Assembly (NCBI GenBank): GCA_951406725.2
Contig: OX597815.1
Coordinates: forward strand, 60,698,001-60,762,000
Length of the DNA stretch: 64,000 nt
Source: Octopus vulgaris
Taxonomy: Eukaryota
Direction: 5' to 3'
Shown: positions 54,253 through 64,000 of the stretch, in pieces
Numbering within the stretch: the stretch's first letter is position 1
Layout: the number at the start of each line of letters is the position of its first letter
Notes under the pieces: generated by a model
Database searches by the model: none
Seen by the model: only the letters and a program-made list of their open reading frames with translations
Told to the model about the DNA's origin: nothing
Translations under genes and position numbers: made by a program

Positions 54253-54780
54253 TATCTGTCTGTATATGTATGTATGTATGCGTGTATGAAAGTATATATG
54301 TATCTCTGTAGTTCTTTGTCTTTCTCTCTCTCTCACCCTCTTACTCTCTCCCTCCCCTCTCTCTCTTTGTCTATATACATATATATTATATATATATATA
54401 TATATCTTTTTTACTTGTTTCAGTCATTTGACGGCGGCCATGCTGGAGCACCGCCTTTAGACAAGGAAATCTACTCCAGAGTTTATTCTTTGTAAGCCTA
54501 GTACTTATTCTATCGGTCTCTTTTGTCGAACCGCTAGGTTACGAGGACGTAAACACACCACCATCGGTTGTCAAGCGATGTTGGGGGGACAAATACAGAC
54601 ACAGAAACACACACACATATATATACATATACATATATACAACGGGCTTCTTTCAGTTTCCGACTACCAAATCTACTCACAAGGCTTTGGTCGGCCCGCG
54701 GCTATATTAGAAGACACTTGACCAAGGTGCCACGCAATGGGACTTAACACAGAACCATGTGGTTGTTAAGCAAGCTACTT

Positions 54781-56739
54781 TATTTCATAAATTTGTCATA
54801 TAGACAGTACAAAGAGCTTTGCGGGCTGAACAAATACATTAATGAATGAAAATGAAATATAATGAATAAATGAGAGACGAAACCCAACACCGGCCGATTG
54901 GATTTTTCTCGAAAACATATTTTCTTTTTTTTTTTAAAATCAATATGAGGTTTCAAACCTCTTACAAGGATGAGGCATTAAAACCTCTTACTTAACATGT
55001 TTTCTTTCTTTTTTTCTTTCTTAAAGCACAAATTTGAGGTTATAAACCACTACAAAATAATCCAATAAGATGAGGTTTCAAACCCTGTAACGAGGGTCTT
55101 TCACCTCCTACTCTTCGATATATCCATCGATATTATTCATCATTATCTTCAATGCCGCTTGAGTTCCTGTATCCCACCATTTCCCATGCCTCACTCATGT
55201 AGGACATGTAAGTCGTGTAAGGGCTACCCGGCCATGTGCGACACTCCTCCCCAAATCCTTTAAGCCTTTCCCACAGGGGAAACCTTATGACCTCCACAGC
55301 TATCTGCGGAGGCCATTCGGGAAACCCGTGCGAAGGGCATATCTACTGTTTCTTTATGTTCTTCTACTATTTTTCCACCTCCCCACCCTTGTAGACAAGG
55401 TGGCACAACTTCGGGACATGCAGTTGGCACATCATCTCCCCGCTGAGGTGATCCGTTCTTCTTCCTTCATTTTTTCTTTTCTTCCTGGCTTCGGGAGAGT
55501 GGAGCTCTTCCGCTTTGTCCGGAGACTCTCCCCCGCCTTCCGAAGCCTTAGGTTCCTTCGGCGGGCAACTATTGTTGCCCGCCTTCTTCCTTTTTAATCC
55601 TTTTTGAGTTGAGGAGGCTGAAGCCTCCTCGACCACATCCACCTCTCCCTTTGACCGGGTAGGGGAGGTGGCATCTAGTGACTGTTCCAGGACCTTACCA
55701 TGGTCCTGGGGGCAGTTCCTTTTAATGTGGTCTGGCTGCAGGCACGAGTGACACTTTACGGGACGTCCCTCAAGTATCACCGGATACCTGCAGCTAGCCA
55801 TTTTCAAGAAATCTGGAAAAACCAGTTCTATTTTTGACCCTTCCCAATCGACCGCCGGCAATACTCTTACATTTAAGAGCCTGGGCCCGCCATCCCCCAG
55901 TCCCCGTCGGATGGTATCTTCAATCCAATCCGCTTCGGTGACCGGGGGGAGCCCACATGCCCAGGCTCGTATTAATTTTCTTCCACAATATGACGGGAGA
56001 AACAGTATTTCCTTGCCTTCTAAAGGCTGACTCGCAAACTGGCGAGCCTTTTCCCCGTTGTCAAACAGCAACCACGGGATATATATTTTACAGAGGACAA
56101 ATGTTCTTTAAGTTCATTTTTTATGACTTGTTTTGGGAAGACGGTGATAGAATTAAGAACTTTAGAATACGTTCTAAGTACCATCGTCTTCTCCTCCATA
56201 TCTTTTAACCATTGCTTAGGCGGGTTAATTTCCCACTCTAAGACAGTTTTTCTTTTTAAGTTCCTTCTCTGCCATGTCAAAAAACAGTTCAAAAGTAGTT
56301 CAAAAGACAGTCTGCCAAAAAATTAAACCGAATAAAAATAAAAAAAAAGTGGAGGGGAGGAAGCTGAAATTAAAGTAATGAAAAGAATGAACCAAAATTT
56401 AGAAAGAAAGAAAAAATAGAAGAAGGGAAAAGTAAAAGAAACACCTCACAAATAGCACAGACATGGAATCCTTTGTATAATACTCCAAAAAGGTAATCCA
56501 AAAGGTAATCCAAATGGCTTATTCTTATTTTTCTGGCGAGATACGCCCACTAGAATTCACAAGAAGAATTTTCAAAAAAAATTCTCGATTCACCGTTACG
56601 GTGATGAGAACCCAGTATTTTGCTCGCTATAGCGAGCCATAATTGACAATTTTCTTTTTGTTCTTTTTTTCTATTCGCGGAGCTGAAACTCACATCTACT
56701 CACTGTAACAGTCCAGACCAACAAGTGTTGCATTCTGGG
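54781..56739 (-). mobile_element. ORF1-only non-autonomous retroelement with 14-bp TSD
   Basis: TSD taagcaagctactt at 54767-54780 and 56740-56753. It carries a gag-like ORF with a CCHC knuckle and no RT or endonuclease. Confidence 0.8.
55367..56292 (-). pseudogene. Gag/ORF1-like zinc-knuckle protein, frameshifted
   Basis: CHSCLQPDHIKRNCP is C-X2-C-X4-H-X4-C. Two overlapping ORF pieces (56020-56292 and 55367-56071). Confidence 0.8.
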
Positions 56740-56781
56740 TAAGCAAGCTACTTACCACACAGACACTCCTGCGCCTACATA

Positions 56782-56835
<54 letters not shown>

Positions 56836-56872
56836 TATATACACATATACATATACATATATATATAATTAT

Positions 56873-57642
56873 ATCAGATCATCCCATAAGTTCTGTCCGA
56901 TTTTACCTTTTCAATGTAATTTAATAGTATTTTAGAATGTCTAACGAATTAAATTTATTGTTATGCATTTGTGTACATTTAAACTAATTAAATATCATTT
57001 TACAGGATAATAGAATTAACATTTCTTTGATTAAAACCCTTTCTTACATGGAAGTATTCAAAGAGCATTTAAGGCACATAATGTTTTAAGAGTACAAAAA
57101 GGAAACTTTGCAGCCGAAGCGACTTGAAACATACACTAAGCTTATGGGAAAGAATGCTTGAAGGAAAGAATTCGTAAGTGGAAATTTCAGCCTTCATGAA
57201 GATTGAATAGGGACATCCAGATGACTTTGATGATAAGCTCCTTGAGGCATTACTTGAAGAAAATACTGCATTATCAGTTGAAGAATTGGCAATAAAGCTT
57301 AGTTCAAACCATACAACTGTTCATTGTCATCTTCAACAACTTAGAAACGTTCCTAAACTTGGAAAATGGGTGCCTCGTGAATTGTCCAAAAGCAACCGCA
57401 AATCTCGAGTTGACATCTATTCTTCTCTCCATTATCGCGAAATCATTTCACCCTTTTTGGATAGACTTGTGAATGGTGACGAAAAATGGATCTTCTATCG
57501 AAATGTTAAACGTCGTAAATGGCTTGGTAAAAGGGAAAAAGCTCAACCACAGCTGAGAAGGTAACTTCATGGAAAAAAGGTTCTTCTCTCTATCTGGTGG
57601 GATTGCAAAGGAGTAATTCACTTTGAATTGTTACTACCTCAT
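56873..57642 (+). mobile_element. Mariner transposon, 5' half only
   Basis: TIR-like tcagatcatcccataagttctgtccga; GKWVPRELS, LDRLVNGDEKWIFY and IWWDCKG. Confidence 0.88.
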
Positions 57643-58445
57643 GGTCTATTGTTTCATCAAATTTATCGCAGAATCTGCATTTAGGGTCAGAACCGTTTTG
57701 AAGAACGTTAGCCTGGTAGTTTTTTGTAAGCAAGCTTTGATCTTGTGCTGCCAATATGAAACTTTCCGTCTCTGCATTTAGTCCTGAGCTTCTCAGCCAC
57801 TGATGGGTTGTTGCTTGGTCTACATCAGCGTTTTGGCTTCGAAGTATATACTATTCATGCAGAGAATTCTGACTCCACCGCTCCTCAATTTTTTTCTGCC
57901 TGTAATTTTTAGTCTGTTTGATCCGTTTTGCTTTTTCCGTGGCAGTGGTTTCAGGTTCTTCATCTAAATCTAATTTATGGTTAATACTGAGTTCCCTTGT
58001 GAATTTGCAATTTTCTTGACAATAGAATGCAATTTTTTGCTACTTTTGTGTTTGCACACAAGCCGCAGCATCCAGTCCTCTGTTCTAGATAAGTACTTGT
58101 TCACTGCTATTGTGGATGTCTTATTGTACACTTCTAACTGCATCATTCCTCTTACGTGGGTACAGACGATCAACATCTGCTTTTAGATGGTGCATGCGCT
58201 TAGGTGTTAGTAGTTTTCTTGTCTTCCTGTTCAGGCGTTGGAGTTCTGTAAGATTCCAGTTAATGATGTTAAAACTATTTGACTACTGGAAGTGCCGGGG
58301 TGTTAACGGCTTCGGTGCGATTTTTAGAGTTGAGTTCAGTTTTTAGTATGAGTCGTATTCTTCTGTAATACTCCTTCCGTATTTTTTCTTCATAGTAGCA
58401 TGTTGTATACCGTCTCCTTCGTTTATCCCCAGGTATTTATAGCTT
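57643..58445 (-). mobile_element. R4/Dong-type LINE fragment (post-RT region)
   Basis: YKYLGINEGDGIQH..IRKEYYRRIRLILKTELNSKN, RKTRKLL and MHHLKADVDRL. Confidence 0.8.
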
Positions 58446-58469
58446 CTTCTTCTTCTTCTTCTTCTTCTT

Positions 58470-58516
<47 letters not shown>

Positions 58517-60631
58517 AGAGTTACACTTGTTTCAGTCGCAGATGAAATGGAGAAGCAACGTGACAATATATAAGAATTTTTAAAAAATGATCGTAAACAC
58601 ATCGGAAAATGATCCGTGAACAAAATTTGATCGCATGCAAAAAAAAAAAAGTGTCAGAAAATGTGTCACACATTCATGTATTCAATTGTCATTCGCACAT
58701 CTCGCAAGATATCAATATATTCACATGCAAAATCACACGATATTTTTATGACTTCAATATTTTAATACGTAAAATTAACGAAAAACAAGCAAGCTGGTTA
58801 TTTAATATGGAGTAATAACTTATTTTTTCAATGCATGGTTGCAGGTATAGAGGGACGAAATAAGTATTTACCCAGATTGGAAATTTCTCAATAAATATAG
58901 ATGACACTATGTACATAATGTCACCAATTCCACTCTTTTGTCCAAAAGAACAATATAATGTAATATCGTATTATACAGACTGTGAAAACAACAGAAAGTT
59001 AGAGTATTTTCCTTTTACATGACGGAAAAAGTTGTCAGCAGATAGCCAAGGGACTCGAACCAGCACCTGTGTTGTTTTCACGGCTATACTACGTTTGAAA
59101 TGTTACTTTCTTGTCTATATGATACGATATATATTCAACGCTTTCAAAAGGAAAAAAAGTTTGTTTACATGTTATTGTATAATGTAATGTTATGTTTCTT
59201 GAAAGATAACCAGAAAACATGATTGTAGAGGCCGTAGTAAATGTGAAACGCCAATATGAACGTTCAATGAATATGAAAAACATCAAGTCTTCTCTGGTTT
59301 AGGGCAAATTACAAATCGTGATATTAACAGATAATAAGCTCAAAATGCAAAGAACTGAACCAAATACCACATGGCCTCATACAGTCCTGTCAATCCACAA
59401 CCCTGAACTGCTACATTTTTAAAAATTGATCCTGAAAGAATAAACGACAAAGTTAACATCAGCGGCATTTGAACTCAAAGCGCAATGAGTCAGAACAAAT
59501 ACCACGTGACATTCTATATTATGCTCAATGCAATGTGTTCCATTTTTTAGGACGGAAGGAGATTTGGCTCTAGTGCCTAACAGATGAAGGACTCACTTAA
59601 AGGTTCCCGTTGTTGGTTCATTTGATGATAGCATGCATTGGTTGTGATTATATGTATTGACTGAGATAGAGAGATCATTACATGACTCTTAACTATCAGA
59701 AATATCAGCTTGATCTACAGTGAAAGACTTCTGAATAAACTTATTAGATTTCTTTCTTTTTATATTATCGTCCCAAATGCACATTGACTTTATCAAGGTC
59801 AACAAAACGTCACACACGCAAAAGATACCCAGCCAAGTAGAATACCGCCTACACATTGGACATTGTTTTCCCTTCGTGGTAATCAGAATGTTGACAAAAT
59901 TACAGAGAAAAGAACTAGGAATCACAAACTCTTCATTGAAATTAGATCCAGAGCTTCAGGTTTTGCATAACAGTAATGGTACCACTGAAGCCAATGTGTC
60001 TACGTTTACGTACCAAGTCTTGCTTTCTAAGTTTTTATTTTTAGGTAAACACGCACTCACACCACTACACACCTACGGAGACATACACACACACACGCAG
60101 GTGTCTGTTGTTATTCCTTATTTTAAAAAAATCCCTTCAGAGTGACGATTAAATCAGCCGCCGGTAAATGCTTCCTTTTTGCATTGCCCAGTCACGTAGC
60201 TTACGTCATTACACTCTACACACCAATTCAAACATCCAAACACAAATTCTACAATGGGCAGGAACTCTATTCACAACCAAATAGATGTGGGTTTTTTTCT
60301 TTAACTTTTTTCAATTCGCTTTTTTCTTACTCACTCAGTTCAATATTTCTTTTATCACTATTTTTAAAACTATTTTTTACTGTATATGTTTATTTGGTTA
60401 TTTATTTATGTATAGTTCTAGTTATTTATGACCTTAAAACAGTTCTGGAGCGTGTTATTGTCTATGTGTCAAATCTATCATGAAATACTTTTTATTACAT
60501 ATATAGACATATACATACAGAGAACAGAAAAATTGTACAAGCACATAGGCACGCATGTAAATAGGATATGTAGGGGTGAGTGTGTGCGCTCATGTGCGTG
60601 CACGCGTGCGCGTCTGTGTATGTGTGTGTGA

Positions 60632-60674
<43 letters not shown>

Positions 60675-60949
60675 CACATAATGATGCATATATATACATA
60701 TATATATATACATAATGATGCATGCATTTACATATATATATATATATATATATAAACATATACACACAATTTTTAATATATATACATATATACTAGTCTC
60801 TGTGTGTGTATGTGTCTGTGTCTGTGTCTCTGTATGTGTATGAATCTAGTTTCATTTGGAAAGTATGACGCTTGGCTTCCTTCAGCTATCTTTTTATATA
60901 TCTTACATTCTACGTGTTTATCAAACCAAGTGCAAAACTAGTTTTTAAA

Positions 60950-61400
60950 AAATCTAAACAGTTTAATTAAACAAAAAATATTTTAATTAAACAATATTAA
61001 ACTATTAAATAATTAAATAATGTTTTAATTAATTTAAACAATATCTTAATGAAAGTAAATGATATTTTGATTGCTCTAAACAATATTTTAATATTTCTAT
61101 TAAACTAAACATTAATTTGATTATATTAAGCAATATTTTAAGTAAACTAAATAATATTTTAATTAATCACAATCTTATTTTAATTAAACTAAATATTATT
61201 TTAATTAACTGAATAATATTTTTATAAATCTTAACTTTATTTCAATTAAACTAACAATATTTTAATTAAAATACATGTTTTCATTAAACTAAAAATATTT
61301 TAATTAAGTTAAATATTATTTTGCTTAAACTAAACAATACTATATTTAAGATATATATTTCAATTAAACAAAATCATAATTAAACAACAATTCAGTTTAA
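60950..61400. repeat. AT-rich minisatellite, ~21-bp unit (ttttaattaaactaaacaata)
   Basis: About 20 degenerate tandem units visible. Confidence 0.85.
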
Positions 61401-62080
61401 CGTATATACCTCGTTGATAGACAAGATACTGCAGTTTTCGTCATAGCTAAAAGTCTCTTATAGACATATGTTAAAACCACAATATATATCGTAGGGACAC
61501 GAAAATATTATTCCGGCAGCAGCTAATGAGAGTGCCAGACAAACCAAGCAATATTTTGATTTGGTCATAAAATTTAGTAGAAGATTGCACTATTTCTTGC
61601 GTAAACTTATCTTAATTTTGATTTCGATCGTAAATTTCAAGATTTCTATATGTATTATTTTCTTAATGAAAACACGAAACCTCACATTATATGTACTATT
61701 TATAACGTCTGGTTTAGTTGGACACAGTTATGTGTATTGACCGGGATGGAATATAAATGAAATCAAAATTAGGTATTATTCTGAGGCATTCTTTTTCATT
61801 CTGGATTGAATTTACAATCTCTACATCCTCACTTGGCGGTAAGGTATATACTTACTTAGAACGTATTGTGATGTATGTTTTTATGTATACGCGTTGGTGT
61901 GTCATACTTATTTCTCATATATATATATGTGTGTGTTGTGTATATGTATGCATCAGTCCTCTAAATTTTGTATGTAAAAAAATTTTTAATCTTCGGATTT
62001 TTTAAAATATGCTAGGCCACTGGTTTTAATTGATTAATATCAATTTCAACCCTTATTTAATTTTATATATATATATATAT

Positions 62081-62432
62081 GAGTGAGAGCCTCAGTTCAA
62101 ATCGCACGTGTCTTGAATGGGCTGGAGTATTTCTATTTTGGATGTATTTGGGGTACTTAATTGTACTCATGACTTAGTGTTTTGCTTCTTCCATGGGTAT
62201 GAGTAAGTATCTCATTTATTTCTTTACCACATTTATCACGGACGAAGGGAGGGTTCTTACGGACTAACCCTGAAATCGGTCTGATATGGTAATAATGGAA
62301 TTTTTTAGAAATTTCTGTCGGCTTTTTTCGAGTAGCGTGCGTATTGTGAAAAATCATATGGTAATGGACAATATATCCAATTTTCGGCATATTTGGAATT
62401 AGAAATTCTTTCGTTTGCCCTTATTTATAAGT

Positions 62433-62436
<4 letters not shown>
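62081..62436 (+). mobile_element. (TA)n-flanked ~355-bp element with a slightly decayed hammerhead (62234-62286)
   Basis: tatca-CGGACGA-aggg-agggtt..aaccct-GAAAT-cg-GTC-tgata. Confidence 0.6.
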
Positions 62437-62486
<50 letters not shown>

Positions 62487-62822
62487 TGCACATATATGTG
62501 TGTGTATGCATGTAGGTATGTGAGTCTATGTATGCAAGTAAACGCATGCCTCCCTGTATATTTATCTGCTTTTCTGATCTCACAGTTGTTTACATAGTCT
62601 GACATGAGCAATTCGTCAATATATGCACGCATACATTCATACTAACATACCTGCATAGATACATATATACATCCATGCACACATGCACTCACATATATGT
62701 AAGTAGATAGATGTATATAAAGACAAATAGATTGGTAGATAAAAAGATATGTATGTATTTATGTATAAGTTTACACACATACACACACATATTCATGTAC
62801 ATACAATATATATGTATATATG

Positions 62823-62879
<57 letters not shown>

Positions 62880-63109
62880 TTCCATAAATACACATATATC
62901 TGTATATATGTGTGTATGTGTGTACAAGACTTTATGCATATATGTATACATGCATACAGTCATGCATATACACACGTATACCGTTTGTATTGTGTTCCCT
63001 GCTAAGATAATTTTTCATACAATCCGCCATGTCTTATATTTTGCTTCACTTTGTAATGAAGTCACACAAATTCACCGACAAACGTTGCGACATCTTGTTC
63101 AAACACAAA

Positions 63110-63213
63110 ACTACTACTACTACTACAAAAACAACAACAACAACAACAACAACTACTACTACTACTACTACTACTACTACTGCTGCTGCTACTACTACTA
63201 CTACTACTACTAC

Positions 63214-63254
<41 letters not shown>

Positions 63255-63370
63255 GTAATCTGATGATCATCATCCTCCCAACTATCATTATCACCATCAT
63301 AATCATCATGGTCATTATGATCATGATCATCATCGTTGTCATCGTCATCGTCGTTGTTGCCACTATCATC
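63110..63370. repeat. Compound trinucleotide microsatellites (CTA/CAA/TAA/TCA)
   Basis: Directly visible. Confidence 0.9.
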
Positions 63371-64000
63371 TCCCAAGGGTTTTCGTGTTCACTTACATGA
63401 TTATAAATGTAGAAGAAAACAACGAACAAAATATTACACCCCACCACCGCCAAAAAAAAGTACAAAAGGAACAAAGCGTCGTTTTTGTCGCTATATCACT
63501 CGTTATTATTTTATTATATTTGTTGTTATAATTTTATTAATTGTATTTCGTTTCTAAATTTTTTTTTTCGTTTTGTTATTTTCATGCTTTCTCCATAATA
63601 ATTGTTTCTTTCGGTAATATTTTTTTTCATATAAGAAATCTTCCTTCTACATAAGGCGAGATGTGCTGGAATATATGGCGACACGTTTGATCACATCCTA
63701 TGAAATATAAATGGGTTCGTACAAATAGACGTACTTGAATATATACAAGCATACATACATACTCATATACATACATACAAACATACATACATACATACAC
63801 ATACACGCATGCTCATACACATGGTGACACACGCGCACACACATATTTATAGGTATCTATGTATATATGTATTTCTACATGCACATACATCTTAGTATCT
63901 AAGTATAAACACATAAACAAGTCTATAAAGTCTTTCTCCCCCTCTCTCTCTATGTATATATATATATATTTATTTGCACACACATATATATATATGCATA

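Larger units (their letters stand above)
54406..56775 (-). mobile_element. SINE family A copy (54406-54780 and 56754-56775) split by a 1.96-kb insertion
   Basis: SINE sequence resumes exactly after the duplicated taagcaagctactt. Confidence 0.9.

Noticed and set aside
59689-60145. 122-aa plus-strand and 78-aa minus-strand ORFs in non-repetitive-looking DNA
   Set aside because: No recognisable motifs or splice support; consistent with chance ORFs.

Overview
This is a eukaryotic, AT-rich window saturated with microsatellites. The SINE families and repeat landscape resemble an Octopus/cephalopod genome (inference). I found no intact host protein-coding gene; nearly all long ORFs in the track are microsatellite artefacts or decayed transposon frames. 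Decayed elements present: two mariner copies and one maT-like Tc1/mariner transposon, R4/Dong-type, Tx1/L1, RTE and CR1-type LINEs, Penelope-like elements (PLEs), two non-autonomous Helitrons, two tRNA-headed SINE families and a tRNA-Asp pseudogene. The main signal the ORF track does not explain is a set of about 12 type I hammerhead-ribozyme motifs, mostly in short elements anchored in (TA)n. They include one canonical copy (36702-36777, minus), a near-perfect palindrome with 220-bp arms carrying one hammerhead per strand (26561-27008), and non-canonical cores (a G3:C8 swap and a recurrent A6-to-U change). Also notable are an ORF1-only retroelement with a 14-bp TSD and a SINE whose tail matches a Tx1 LINE 3' end. 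All RNA folds and alignments were done by eye and are unverified.
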